Part shown: in pieces, positions 39,135 through 49,650 of the stretch
Layout of the letters: each line of letters begins with the position of its first letter
Position numbering within the stretch: position 1 is the stretch's first letter
NCBI GenBank assembly: GCA_026391215.1
Contig: JAPLDX010000056.1
Coordinates: forward strand, 107,452 to 171,451
DNA length: 64,000 nucleotides
Source: Bacteroidia bacterium
GTDB lineage: Bacteria > Bacteroidota > Bacteroidia > Bacteroidales > VadinHA17
Direction: 5' to 3'
Notes under the pieces: model-generated
Told to the model about the DNA's origin: nothing
What the model saw: only the letters and a program-made list of their open reading frames with translations
Database searches by the model: none
Program-made: the position numbers and the translations under genes

Positions 39135-40679
39135 TCAAAATGGAGGGAGTCCGTGTTTCTTGGCAGGCATCTGAATTAGTTTATTTTCAGATATTGTCAG
39201 TGAATGCAACAGGAATTTCCTCGTCTCAGTCGGTTCTATAACTGCATCGACATATCCGCGGGAAGCTGCAACATAAGGATTTGCAAATTTCTCCTTATAC
39301 TCTTCAACTTTTTGTTTCCTTGTGCCATCCGGATCATCAGATGACATAATCTCCTTCCTGAAGATAATGTTTGCAGCGCCTTCCGGGCCCATAACTGCTA
39401 TCTCTGCTGCAGGCCATGCAAATACAAAGTCAGCCCTGAGATGGCGTGAAGACATTGCAATATATCCTCCGCCGTAAGCCTTCCTCAGAATAACTGTTAT
39501 TTTCGGGACAGTTGCTTCGCTGTATGCATAAAGAACCTTTGCGCCATGCCGAATTACTCCTGCATGCTCCTGATCAACACCGGGCATGTATCCCGGGAGA
39601 TCAACAAGAGTTACAATAGGAATGTTAAAGGCATCACAATAACGTATGAACCTGGCTGCCTTATCTGAAGAATCAACATCAAGAACTCCTGCCATTTCAA
39701 GCGGCTGATTTGCAACAAATCCGGTTGTTTTCCCATTCATCCTGCCAAAGCCTATCACTATATTCCTGGCATAATGTTCCATTATCTCAAAGAAATCCGA
39801 ATTATCGACAACAGCACAGATAACATCCTTCACATCATACGGTAAAGTTGGATCATCAGGAACAATCTTTTCAATATCGAATTCAGGTCTTGGTTCTCCA
39901 GGATCAAACGCCCTCGCTTTTCTTTCGTTATTCCATGGAATGAAAGTTATAAGTTTCTTGATTTGCTCAAAACACTCATCCTCGGTCATGGCAAAGAAAT
40001 GTGCATTACCGGTTATTTCACTATGAATCCGTGCCCCGCCCAGGTCTTCCATCGATATTTCTTCGCCGAGAACTGTTTTTATCACTTCCGGCCCTGTGAT
40101 GAACATCTTCGATATATTGTCGACAACGAAAACAAAATCGGTGAGGGCAGGTGAATAGACTGCTCCGCCTGCACAGGGACCAAGTATTACCGATATCTGC
40201 GGGATCACACCGCTGGAAATAGTGTTTCGGAAAAAGATCTCGCCATAGCCGGCCAGTGAATTGACTCCCTCCTGTATCCTGGCTCCGCCCGAGTCGTTAA
40301 TGCCGATAAGCGGCATTCTCATTTTCAGGGCATGATCCATGATTTTTGTAATTTTCCTTGAATGCATTAATCCCAGTGATCCGCCTGCAACAGTGAAATC
40401 CTGTGCAAAGATTGCCACCGGAGCGCCGTAAATAGTCCCTGAACCAATAATTACACCATCGCTGGCAAGTATTTTCTTATCCATATCAAAATCCCGGGCG
40501 TCATGCTCTACAAAAAGATCATATTCATTGAAAGAATCCTCATCGAGAAGAGCCATGATACGCTCACGCGCAGTTCTCTTCCCCATAGCTTTCTGCTTTT
40601 CAATAGCCTGTTCTCCCCCTCCAAGCAAAAGCTTTTCCCTCTTATCGTGCAATTCTTTAATTTTTTTATTAAGTGCCAT
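39135..40679 (-). CDS. Acyl-CoA carboxylase carboxyltransferase subunit (PccB/MmdA-like)
   Basis: DFTVAGGSLG, DSGGARIQEG, GPCAGGAVY, RKAYGG, KKHGLPPF. Confidence 0.95.
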   Translation of the reverse strand: MALNKKIKELHDKREKLLLGGGEQAIEKQKAMGKRTARERIMALLDEDSFNEYDLFVEHDARDFDMDKKILASDGVIIGSGTIYGAPVAIFAQDFTVAGGSLGLMHSRKITKIMDHALKMRMPLIGINDSGGARIQEGVNSLAGYGEIFFRNTISSGVIPQISVILGPCAGGAVYSPALTDFVFVVDNISKMFITGPEVIKTVLGEEISMEDLGGARIHSEITGNAHFFAMTEDECFEQIKKLITFIPWNNERKARAFDPGEPRPEFDIEKIVPDDPTLPYDVKDVICAVVDNSDFFEIMEHYARNIVIGFGRMNGKTTGFVANQPLEMAGVLDVDSSDKAARFIRYCDAFNIPIVTLVDLPGYMPGVDQEHAGVIRHGAKVLYAYSEATVPKITVILRKAYGGGYIAMSSRHLRADFVFAWPAAEIAVMGPEGAANIIFRKEIMSSDDPDGTRKQKVEEYKEKFANPYVAASRGYVDAVIEPTETRKFLLHSLTISENKLIQMPAKKHGLPPF

Positions 40680-40756
40680 ATAATGATGGTTTTATAATTA
40701 TTTCCTGTCTGACAGGTCAGGGGTACAAGTTTAAATAAAATGTGTGATTAAAAAAA

Positions 40757-41854
40757 CTATTTCGGAGCCAATTTATAGAGTACCAGTGCAATGACAATAT
40801 ATATAAGATTGGGTATCCACATTGCCAGCATTGGGTCAAGGTTCCCCTTGATAGAAAACTGAGATGCAAACTGCAGGAATAGTATATATGAGAAACTAAG
40901 TGCAAGACCTATTCCGATACTCATGCCTATTCCTCCCCTGATCCTTTTTGAGGAAAGAGACACTCCTATCAACGTAAGAATAAAAACAGCAAAGGGGTGT
41001 GCATACCGCCGGTGCTTTTCAATAAGGAAAACTTTAAGCTCATCTGATCCCTGAAGCTTAAGCAGATCAATATAATCATTCAGCTCACTGAATGTCATTG
41101 TGCCTGTAAATCCCGGATCTCGTGAAAAATCACTCGGACTTATGGTGAGGGTTGTATCCACCTTTATTCCCCTGGTCACAACTTCTTCATTACCATCTAT
41201 TTCTCTTAAAATATAATTGGCAGCTATCCATTTTGAAGATACAGAATCCCATAGTACAGATGGAGAAGAGAGCTTGGAAACAAGCTTCCCGTTTTCATTG
41301 AACTTCTCTATTGTGAAATTGCGACCCCGTAAATATATCGGGCTGTATGATTCCATATAGACATAGATGTTTTTATACACCTGCCTGTGAATATTCTCAA
41401 CATTTACTTTCCTCCATTGGGGACGGTAATATTTATCTTCAAAATCCATTCTTTCCAGGGTTGTCTGGGGAATCACAAAATTGGTGAGATAGAATATAAA
41501 TACTGCAATTACCAGCGACGACAGGAAATATGGCCACATCATCCTCCTGAAGCTCATCCCGCTGTTCAGGATGGCAATGATCTCCGTATTGACTGCCATT
41601 CGTGAAGTGAAAAAGATCACTGCAATAAAAACAAAAAGAGGGGCAAACAGAGTGGCAAAATATGGAATGAAATTGAAATAATAGTCGAATATAACAGCTT
41701 TCCATGGTGCCGATTTTTCCATGAAGTTGTCGATCTTCTCCGCAAGGTCAAATACAACGGCAATGGTCATGATCAGGACAAGACAGAAGAAGAAAGTACC
41801 CAGGAATTTTCTGATGATATACCTGTCGATTATTTTCAGCCTCAGAGAATTCAT
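40757..41854 (-). CDS. LptF/LptG family LPS export permease
   Basis: IIDRYI, TEIIAILNSGMS, 6-TM pattern, MWIPN; ATG 41854 overlaps the tgt stop (ATGA). Confidence 0.9.
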   Translation of the reverse strand: MNSLRLKIIDRYIIRKFLGTFFFCLVLIMTIAVVFDLAEKIDNFMEKSAPWKAVIFDYYFNFIPYFATLFAPLFVFIAVIFFTSRMAVNTEIIAILNSGMSFRRMMWPYFLSSLVIAVFIFYLTNFVIPQTTLERMDFEDKYYRPQWRKVNVENIHRQVYKNIYVYMESYSPIYLRGRNFTIEKFNENGKLVSKLSSPSVLWDSVSSKWIAANYILREIDGNEEVVTRGIKVDTTLTISPSDFSRDPGFTGTMTFSELNDYIDLLKLQGSDELKVFLIEKHRRYAHPFAVFILTLIGVSLSSKRIRGGIGMSIGIGLALSFSYILFLQFASQFSIKGNLDPMLAMWIPNLIYIVIALVLYKLAPK

Positions 41855-42978
41855 AAGCGTTCTGAAAGTATTCTTATCATTGACTCTTTCCATATTTTGA
41901 AATTCCCTTTTACTATTTGTTCCCTGGCTTCTCTGACCAGACTCATATAAAACGCAAGATTATGAATACTTGATATCTCTGATCCCAGTATTTCTCCCGA
42001 AATAATAAGATGTCTCAGGTAGGCTTTGGAATATTTCAGACTTACCGTTGAAGGACCTGCGGGATCAATCGGACTGAAATCATTGCTCCACCTGTTATTC
42101 TTTATGTTTATTATCCCCTGTGATGTAAACAGCATCCCATTGCGGCCATTGCGCGTGGGCATGACACAGTCAAACATATCAACTCCCCTGTCAATTGCTT
42201 CCAGGATATTGACAGGGGTTCCGACACCCATAAGATATCTCGGCTTATCCTCAGGCAGGATACCATTGACAATTTCTATTGTTCTGTACATCTCTTCGGC
42301 AGGTTCTCCAACGGATAATCCGCCTATTGCATTTCCAGCCATTCCTGCTTTGGCTGCTTTCTCAGCCGAAATCTTTCTCAGGTCATCAAATATCCCTCCC
42401 TGTACTATCGGGAAAAGGAACTGTTCATAATCCCATAAAGGATCTGTGTTTCTGAACTGTTCCACTGCCCTCTCCAGCCAGTGATGTGTAAGTGCAACGG
42501 ACTTTTTAGCATATTCATAATCGCATGGGAACGGAGCGCATTCATCAAGCACCATCATTATGTCGGAGCCTATAATCCTCTGAATATCAATTGTATTTTC
42601 CGGAGTAAAAGTATGTTCTGATCCATCAATATGCGATTTAAAGACCGCCCCCTTGTCAATAAGCTTCCTGTTGCCGGCAAGGGAAAAAACCTGGTAACCC
42701 CCGCTGTCAGTGAGAATTGGCAGCTCCCATGACATGAACTTATGAAGCCCTCCTGCAGCCTTGATTATGGAGGTTCCCGGACGAAGATAAAGGTGATATG
42801 TGTTGGCCAGGATGATCTTTGCCTTTATATCCTCCTTAAGATCACGCTGGAGTATGCCCTTGACAGTTCCTCCTGTGCCTACCGGCATGAATATCGGAGT
42901 TGGAATGTCCCCGTGGTGAGTCGATAAAAAGCCTGCTCTTGCTTTTGTTTCCTTGTCCCTGCTCTCTATCCTGAACAT
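41851..42978 (-). CDS. tgt: tRNA-guanine transglycosylase
   Basis: TPIFMPVGT, NTYHL, TDSGGYQVFSL, DMFDCVMPTRNGR. Confidence 0.97.
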   Translation of the reverse strand: MFRIESRDKETKARAGFLSTHHGDIPTPIFMPVGTGGTVKGILQRDLKEDIKAKIILANTYHLYLRPGTSIIKAAGGLHKFMSWELPILTDSGGYQVFSLAGNRKLIDKGAVFKSHIDGSEHTFTPENTIDIQRIIGSDIMMVLDECAPFPCDYEYAKKSVALTHHWLERAVEQFRNTDPLWDYEQFLFPIVQGGIFDDLRKISAEKAAKAGMAGNAIGGLSVGEPAEEMYRTIEIVNGILPEDKPRYLMGVGTPVNILEAIDRGVDMFDCVMPTRNGRNGMLFTSQGIINIKNNRWSNDFSPIDPAGPSTVSLKYSKAYLRHLIISGEILGSEISSIHNLAFYMSLVREAREQIVKGNFKIWKESMIRILSERL

Positions 42979-43077
42979 AATACCGGGTTATTTCTGGCAG
43001 CACAAATGTAATTCATCCGTTCGGGCTGTGGAAATTATCATCATTTTTTTTCACCATTCCGATTATCTTAATTAATA

Positions 43078-44232
43078 TTGCGGCGGTATTACGAAAGTCA
43101 GATGATGTTCCGTGACAATCCGTTTTTATTGATAGTTTTCATACTATTAGCTCTATCCGCTGCGATACAGCTTTTCTATTACCTGTACTTTTATCTTGCT
43201 GTAATTCTCTATAAACACGCTAACCCGGCAACTGACAGGAAGCCTGTCTCAGTAATCATCTGTGCAAGGAATGAATCAGCTAACCTTGAAAAATTTCTGC
43301 CTGCAGTGCTTGAACAGGATTATCCTGAATATGAAGTAATAGTTGTTAACGACTGTTCTGAAGATGATTCTTATGATGTGCTCGGGAAATATCTTCAGCA
43401 ATATCCGCATTTAAAGATATCCAATGTTAATAAGGATCCAAAATTTACTCACAATAAGAAGTTTGCCCAATTCATCGGTATTAAGGCAGCCACAAATGAT
43501 ATGCTCCTTTTTACGGATGCGGATTGCAAGCCTGTGTCTGACAGATGGATCGAAGGAATGGCATCTCATTTTGACGGTAAGACTGATTTTGTTCTCGGTT
43601 ACGGCGGATATCTTACAGGGAAAGGATTTTTAAATAGATATATAAGGTACGACACTCTGGCTATCGCTATGCAATATCTCGGGATGGCTATCCGTGGAAT
43701 CCCTTATATGGGTGTCGGACGTAACCTGGCGTACAGGCGCTCTTTGTTTTTTGACAAGAAGGGATTCGGATCCCACAATCGTGTAATTTCAGGAGATGAT
43801 GATCTTTTTGTCAACTCAAATGCCGGCAAGAGCAATACAAGTGTTGAATTCAGGGGAAGTACGCATACAAGATCAATTCCGACTTCCTCATTTGCAGACT
43901 GGATGAAACAGAAGAAAAGACACTTGAGTACAGCTCCCTATTACAAACTGTCAGACAAGGTTCTTCTAATCACTGAACCCTTTACCCGTGTACTTTTTTA
44001 TGCTTCATTTTTTGTACTGATATCTTACCTTTTTCTGTGGCAGTATGTATTGATAATCTTTGGCTTAAGACTTGTAACGCATATAACCGTGCTGGCGCTT
44101 GGACAGAAGAAGCTGAATGAACCGGGGCTTGCAGTATATTCATTATTTTTTGATATCTTTTCACCGGTAATAAACGCAACTGTTTATTTAAGCAATATAT
44201 TGACCAGATCGGGTAAGAACTTATGGAAATAA
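43078..44232 (+). CDS. Family 2 glycosyltransferase, membrane-bound
   Basis: VIICARNE, FTDADC, GRNLAYRR, GDDDLF, QKKRH (QxxRW-like); start uncertain (TTG 43078 or ATG 43102). Confidence 0.9.
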   Translation: MRRYYESQMMFRDNPFLLIVFILLALSAAIQLFYYLYFYLAVILYKHANPATDRKPVSVIICARNESANLEKFLPAVLEQDYPEYEVIVVNDCSEDDSYDVLGKYLQQYPHLKISNVNKDPKFTHNKKFAQFIGIKAATNDMLLFTDADCKPVSDRWIEGMASHFDGKTDFVLGYGGYLTGKGFLNRYIRYDTLAIAMQYLGMAIRGIPYMGVGRNLAYRRSLFFDKKGFGSHNRVISGDDDLFVNSNAGKSNTSVEFRGSTHTRSIPTSSFADWMKQKKRHLSTAPYYKLSDKVLLITEPFTRVLFYASFFVLISYLFLWQYVLIIFGLRLVTHITVLALGQKKLNEPGLAVYSLFFDIFSPVINATVYLSNILTRSGKNLWK

Positions 44233-44819
44233 ACCAGGGTCTGTCGGACAAGGCAAAGAGTGATCTTTTGATGGTTGATGAGGCGAAAAAGGGCAATGAA
44301 AAAGCTTTCGCCGGCCTTATGAACCGGTACAGGGATTCCATTTACTATATGCTGCTCAAGATGGTAAACAACCCATCCGATGCCGAAGACCTGACGATTG
44401 AGGCTTTCGGCAAAGCCTTCAGAAACATTGATTCATATACACCCCGCTATGCTTTTAGCACCTGGCTCTTCATGATTGCAACCAATAATTGCATAGACTT
44501 TGTACGGAAAAAGCAATCTTCTCCTGTCCCATTCGACCAGGGAAATGAAGGTATGGATAACATCACAAGCAATATTCAGTCCGATCTTCCTGATCCTGAA
44601 GAAACGCTAATCAATGACCAGAAAATTGCGATACTGAGGAAGATAGTCAATCAGTTAAAATCACCATACAAGGAAATTATTGAACTTAGATATTACAAGG
44701 AATATTCCTATGAAGAGATCGCATCTGAACTCAATATGCCCATAGGAACTGTCAAAGCCCAGCTATACAGGGCAAAAACATTGTTATACAACATCTTCAT
44801 AAAAACTGGCAACCGGTAA
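44223..44819 (+). CDS. ECF RNA polymerase sigma-70 factor
   Basis: DAEDLTIEAFGKAF, FSTWLFMIATN, YSYEEIA...GTVKAQLYRA. Confidence 0.95.
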   Translation: MEINQGLSDKAKSDLLMVDEAKKGNEKAFAGLMNRYRDSIYYMLLKMVNNPSDAEDLTIEAFGKAFRNIDSYTPRYAFSTWLFMIATNNCIDFVRKKQSSPVPFDQGNEGMDNITSNIQSDLPDPEETLINDQKIAILRKIVNQLKSPYKEIIELRYYKEYSYEEIASELNMPIGTVKAQLYRAKTLLYNIFIKTGNR

Positions 44820-45442
44820 TGACGGATAACATATTCCGATATTTCCCTTCATTTTCTGCTGTTCAGAAGGAAAAAATATCCCTGCTAAAACCCATTTATG
44901 CAAAGTGGAACAGCATGATAAACCTGATCTCCAGAAAAGACATTGATAATTTCTTCATTCATCATGTGCTTCATTCACTTTCAATTGCAAAGGTCATCAC
45001 TTTCATTCCAGGCACACGGATCCTTGATGTCGGCACAGGAGGAGGATTTCCTGGAATACCTCTTGCAATAATGTTTCCAGGATCTGAATTCACTCTCCTC
45101 GATTCTATAGCCAAAAAAATAAAAGTAGTCTCTGCAGTTGCTGAAGAGCTTAAGCTGGAAAATGTAAAAACAGTAAGAAAAAGAGCTGAGGAAGAAGAAG
45201 AAAAATACGACTTTATTATCGGAAGGGCAGTCACCAGCTTACCGCAGTTTGAAGGACTTGTCTCAAAAAATATCTTAAAATCAGGCTGCAATACATTAAG
45301 AAACGGGATTATATACCTGAAAGGAGGTGACCTGGATGAGGAGACTTCTATGTTCAGGGACAGGGTTACTATATGGAATATCGGAGTGTTTTTTGATGAA
45401 CCTTTCTTTGAAACAAAAAAGATTGTCCATCTGTCTGTCTGA
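44819..45442 (+). CDS. rsmG: 16S rRNA (guanine(527)-N7)-methyltransferase
   Basis: WNSMINLISR, HVLHSL, LDVGTGGGFPGIPLA, RAV, LKG. Confidence 0.96.
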   Translation: MTDNIFRYFPSFSAVQKEKISLLKPIYAKWNSMINLISRKDIDNFFIHHVLHSLSIAKVITFIPGTRILDVGTGGGFPGIPLAIMFPGSEFTLLDSIAKKIKVVSAVAEELKLENVKTVRKRAEEEEEKYDFIIGRAVTSLPQFEGLVSKNILKSGCNTLRNGIIYLKGGDLDEETSMFRDRVTIWNIGVFFDEPFFETKKIVHLSV

Positions 45443-45490
45443 TTATTCCGAAAAAAAAATCAAGCCCGGCTTTTAAATTAAAAAAAACGC

Positions 45491-45498
45491 TATATTTG
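45491..45498 (+). promoter_or_regulatory. -7 promoter box (TATATTTG) for rpmH
   Basis: TAnnTTTG consensus about 45 nt upstream of the rpmH start. Confidence 0.7.
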
Positions 45499-45541
45499 CG
45501 GTCTGAAATAAAAAGTGTACTTACATTAAATCAATACACAG

Positions 45542-45700
45542 ATGAAAAGGACATATCAGCCATCACGAAGGAAAAGGGCAAACAAGCATGGATTCAGGGA
45601 AAGAATGTCCACATCCAATGGAAGAAGGGTGCTTGCTTCACGCAGGGCAAAAGGGAGAAAGAAGCTTTCAGTAACCCCCGAGCTCAAATTAAAAGGATAA
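45542..45700 (+). CDS. rpmH: 50S ribosomal protein L34 (not in the ORF track)
   Basis: [52 protein letters not shown]. Confidence 0.99.
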   Translation: MKRTYQPSRRKRANKHGFRERMSTSNGRRVLASRRAKGRKKLSVTPELKLKG

Positions 45701-45722
45701 CACAAGTTTAAGATAGAAGTGC

Positions 45723-45749
45723 AAAGGTGCCATTCAAGGCACCTTTTTT
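45723..45749 (+). terminator. Intrinsic terminator of rpmH
   Basis: AAAGGTGCC-attcaa-GGCACCTTTTTT. Confidence 0.85.
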
Positions 45750-45777
45750 GTTAATTTTACAGCAACCGGCAATCAGA

Positions 45778-46878
45778 ATGAACGAACTTCTTGATTATAT
45801 TAATGATCCTGATATCAGGAAAATAGCAGGTAAAATAATTGCTGATACCAGGATCTCTCCCGAGGATGGTCTGCTTCTTTTTACAAAAGCCGGACTGCCT
45901 CTTCTCGGAATGCTGACAGGGATTGTCAGAAGGAGAAAAAACAACGGTTTTGCATACTATATCCGTAATTTCCATATTGAGCCGACGAACAAATGCGTCT
46001 ATAACTGCCGCTTTTGCTCTTATCATAAATCTTCTTCGGATCCTGATAGCTGGGAATACAGCCATGAGCAAATGCTTGAAATAGTCATGAAGTTCAATGA
46101 TAAAGAAGTAAGTGAAGCTCATATAGTCGGAGGCGTACATCCTTCTTACGATCTTCACTACTATGGCAGCCTGATAAAAAAAATAAGACAGCTGAGACCT
46201 TCGCTTCATATCAAAGCATTCTCTGCACCTGAGCTGGATTATATGATAAAATTGACCGGTATGACAGTTGAGGAGGGCTTGTACAGGCTGAAAGAGTATG
46301 GCCTTGATTCAATTCCCGGAGGAGGTGCTGAGATTTTTGATGAAAAGCTCAGGGCTGAAATATGCAATGAAAAAACATCCTCCGAATCATGGCTTTCTAT
46401 TCATGAAACAGCACATAAGCTGGGAATACCATCCAATGCTACAATGCTTTACGGACACTTTGAGACATATGCACACAGGATAGACCATATGGAAAGGCTA
46501 CGTAAGCTTCAGGACAGAACCGGAGGATTCAATGCCTTTATTCCCCTGAAATTCAAAAAGGCAAACAACAGTATGTCGTACCTCGGCGAGGTTAGCATTA
46601 TTGAAGACTTGCGCAATTATGCAGTCTCGAGGATCTATCTGGATAACATTCAACACATTAAAGCTTACTGGCCCATGACAGGAAAGGCAGCTGCTCAGCT
46701 CAGCCTTTCTTTCGGTGCTGATGATCTTGACGGGACAATTGATGATACTACCAGGATCTATTCGATGGCCGGGGCTGAGGAACAGAATCCTGTTATGACA
46801 ACCGATGAAATATGCAAGCTGATAGCTGATGCCGGCTTTGAACCAGTTGAAAGAGATTCACTGTATAACAGGATTTAA
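45778..46878 (+). CDS. mqnE: Aminofutalosine synthase (radical SAM, MqnE/CofH family)
   Basis: CVYNCRFC, HIVGG, PGGGAEIF, NATMLYGH, HIKAYW, FGADDLDGT, IYSMAG, PVERDSLY; the GTG at 45727 lies inside the terminator, so ATG 45778 is used. Confidence 0.85.
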   Translation: MNELLDYINDPDIRKIAGKIIADTRISPEDGLLLFTKAGLPLLGMLTGIVRRRKNNGFAYYIRNFHIEPTNKCVYNCRFCSYHKSSSDPDSWEYSHEQMLEIVMKFNDKEVSEAHIVGGVHPSYDLHYYGSLIKKIRQLRPSLHIKAFSAPELDYMIKLTGMTVEEGLYRLKEYGLDSIPGGGAEIFDEKLRAEICNEKTSSESWLSIHETAHKLGIPSNATMLYGHFETYAHRIDHMERLRKLQDRTGGFNAFIPLKFKKANNSMSYLGEVSIIEDLRNYAVSRIYLDNIQHIKAYWPMTGKAAAQLSLSFGADDLDGTIDDTTRIYSMAGAEEQNPVMTTDEICKLIADAGFEPVERDSLYNRI

Positions 46879-46933
46879 TTAATGATAATTTTATCAATAC
46901 ATTTGCGTTATCACTAATGTACATTTTGCCTGT

Positions 46934-47788
46934 ATGAGCTTTAAAAAATTCATTTTCAGCAAAGTATTCCTGAAAAACCTTGGCCTGGCATTTTTAATTG
47001 CTGTTGGCGCACTCATTCTATTGCTTTTATGGCTTAATATTTATACCAGGCATGGTCAGTCCAGAACAGTACCTGATTTTGTGGGACTCAATAAAGAAGA
47101 GACTGCAGCTCTTGCCAAAAAGAGCAAAATGAAATACCAGATTCTTGATTCTGTTTACACTTCTGTTGTTCCGCGCGGGTGTGTGGCAGAACAGAATCCC
47201 AAACCGGGTTTTAAGGTAAAGAAATGGCGTAACATTGTATTGACTATCAACGCTTACCGTCCGGAGATGGTGGCTGTGCCTGATCTTATTGATCTCCCTC
47301 TGCGGCAGGCAATTGCTCTCATTCAGGATGCCGGGCTGGAAATGGGTGAACTCAGGTATAAATCCAACCTTTCAGTAAATTTAGTACTCGGTCAGCAAAT
47401 TAATGGAAAAGATACTGAACCGGGAGATTCCATCCAGAAAGGCAGTATGATTGATCTGGTACTCGGCAAAGGACTCAGTAAACAGAAAACTGCAGTTCCC
47501 GATCTCATGGGTATGCATCTTGAACCAGCTAAGAACAGGATTCTGGGAGCATCTCTTAACCTGGGGACATTTACCTATGATAATACAATCCTTTCAGGTG
47601 ATGACAGCCTGAACGCGTTTGTTTATAAGCAGAACCCGGAATATGAGGATGACGCTACATTACAGCTTGGCGATTTAATTTATTTGTGGCTGACGGTGGA
47701 TTCCCTCAGATTACCAGTAGATTCTTCTTTGATTGTTTTGCCTGATACAGTGCTCCCTGCCGGAATCCGGCCCGGAACAACTATTTAA
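46934..47788 (+). CDS. PASTA domain-containing membrane protein
   Basis: TM helix, YTRHG, three VPD-initiated PASTA repeats; TACATTTG box at 46898. Confidence 0.9.
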   Translation: MSFKKFIFSKVFLKNLGLAFLIAVGALILLLLWLNIYTRHGQSRTVPDFVGLNKEETAALAKKSKMKYQILDSVYTSVVPRGCVAEQNPKPGFKVKKWRNIVLTINAYRPEMVAVPDLIDLPLRQAIALIQDAGLEMGELRYKSNLSVNLVLGQQINGKDTEPGDSIQKGSMIDLVLGKGLSKQKTAVPDLMGMHLEPAKNRILGASLNLGTFTYDNTILSGDDSLNAFVYKQNPEYEDDATLQLGDLIYLWLTVDSLRLPVDSSLIVLPDTVLPAGIRPGTTI

Positions 47789-47793
47789 TCCTG

Positions 47794-49644
47794 ATGTTCA
47801 AGAAGGTATTCTTAAATATCATTTTATCGTGTTTGTGCATAGGATTAGCTAAAGGCCAGGAAATTGTAACAGGCCTTCAGACAAATCTCCTTCTGAAAAA
47901 TGCTGGTCCTGTTTATACTGAATCAAAGTCACTTGAAGAAGATACTCTTGAGCTTCCTTTCTTTGATGATTTTTCAGGTCAGCATATTTTCCCTGACAGT
48001 AAAAAATGGTCTGATAATTTTGTATTTGTAAACGACACATACAGCGATAAGCAAATAACCACAGGAATTGCCACCTTTGATGCGCTTAACAGTACGGGGA
48101 GGCTATATGAAACGGCTTCTTCCATAGTTTTTGAAGCTGACCATCTTACATCACATCCTTTAAATCTTAACTTTCCTTCAACTGACAACATCTGGTTAAG
48201 CTTCCATTTCCAGCCGGGAGGGCTTGCAGATATGCCCGAGGAAAACGACAGCCTCACCCTCCAGTTTTTTGCTCCCGCCGAAAGTAAATGGTATTCAGTA
48301 TGGAACAGCCCGGGAAACAATTACGCTGATTTCAAGGCAGTTATAATTAAGATAGATCAGGCAAGGTTCCTGAAAAAAGGATTCAGATTCCGCTTCACTA
48401 ACTATGCAAGTCTCAGTGCAAATCTTATTGATCCTTCAATCGTCAGCAACTGTGACCAGTGGAATATTGACTATGTGCTTCTTGATAAAAACAGGAATTC
48501 CGGTGATACAGTATATGCTGATGTGGCTTTCAGGTATCCGCTCAGGTCGCTCCTTAATTCACATGAGGCAATGCCATGGAAGCAATTTATTGAGATCTAT
48601 TACCAGGAAATGGGTTCAACGATTCCTATTCATTACCGTAACAACGATATCATTGAAAGGAATGTAACAAGAAAATTTCAGGTATGGGATGTTTATGACA
48701 ATGCTCTTTCAGGTAGCTTTTCAGCCGGAGCAACAAATATCTCTCCGCTTACCAGTGTTGATTATGACGCTTCAAATACTTATACCTTCATTAGCAACAG
48801 AAGCGACTCTGCATTATTCAAAATAACATGCTGGCTTATGACAGATGATTTTGATCCCAAAGAAAATGATACGCTAGTATATTACCAGCACTTCGGTAAC
48901 TACTTTGCATTTGATGACGGATCGGCAGAAAGCGGCTATGGAGTTAATGGCCTGGGATCAAGAAATGCCATGGTGGCGTACAGGTTCAAGTCATTTATCG
49001 AGGACACATTAAGAGCAGTAAGTATCTGCTTCAACGATAGTTACATGAATTCAAATCTGAGATCATTTGACCTGATGGTATGGGATAATTCAGATGGTCA
49101 CCCCGGAAATGTTCTTTATACACTTGAGGAGATTATGGTCGAACAGGGAGATGAAATAAACGGATTTCATACCTATATTCTGCCTTCAGGAGTGGCAGTT
49201 AACAATACTTTCTATATAGGATGGAGACAGCGGTCAGAGACTTTCATGAATGCAGGGATTGATATCAACACACCTCATAACGGGAAACAGTATTATTGGA
49301 TAAACGGCAACTGGAATCTTTCCCAGATAACAGGCAGCCTAATGATCAGACCGATTGTGGGCCCTTCGCTTTCCACCTCCGTCAATGATATAATTTACAA
49401 TGATAAAAACATCCTTCATTTCTGGCCAAATCCGGCAAGAGACTATATTACAATAGATCCGGGAGACTCACGGTTTTCAGAACTGGTATATATCTCCATA
49501 TACGATCTTCAGGGGCGCCGTCTGATAAATGTTCCATACAGCGATAAAATAGATATATCATCCCTGAATGAAGGTTTATACATTATTACAGCAAGCCGGA
49601 ATGGAATACCAGCAGGGTACAGTCGTCTTGTAAAAACCAGGTAG
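47794..49644 (+). CDS. Secreted protein with T9SS type A C-terminal sorting domain
   Basis: Signal peptide, LPFFDDFS, FAFDDGSAE; C-terminal WPNPA..I....I.IYDLQGR...GLYII...RLVK. Confidence 0.85.
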   Translation: MFKKVFLNIILSCLCIGLAKGQEIVTGLQTNLLLKNAGPVYTESKSLEEDTLELPFFDDFSGQHIFPDSKKWSDNFVFVNDTYSDKQITTGIATFDALNSTGRLYETASSIVFEADHLTSHPLNLNFPSTDNIWLSFHFQPGGLADMPEENDSLTLQFFAPAESKWYSVWNSPGNNYADFKAVIIKIDQARFLKKGFRFRFTNYASLSANLIDPSIVSNCDQWNIDYVLLDKNRNSGDTVYADVAFRYPLRSLLNSHEAMPWKQFIEIYYQEMGSTIPIHYRNNDIIERNVTRKFQVWDVYDNALSGSFSAGATNISPLTSVDYDASNTYTFISNRSDSALFKITCWLMTDDFDPKENDTLVYYQHFGNYFAFDDGSAESGYGVNGLGSRNAMVAYRFKSFIEDTLRAVSICFNDSYMNSNLRSFDLMVWDNSDGHPGNVLYTLEEIMVEQGDEINGFHTYILPSGVAVNNTFYIGWRQRSETFMNAGIDINTPHNGKQYYWINGNWNLSQITGSLMIRPIVGPSLSTSVNDIIYNDKNILHFWPNPARDYITIDPGDSRFSELVYISIYDLQGRRLINVPYSDKIDISSLNEGLYIITASRNGIPAGYSRLVKTR

Positions 49645-49650
49645 TTAATA

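Noticed and set aside
45496-45711. 71-aa ORF in the track
   Set aside because: Wrong-frame shadow of rpmH (45542-45700)
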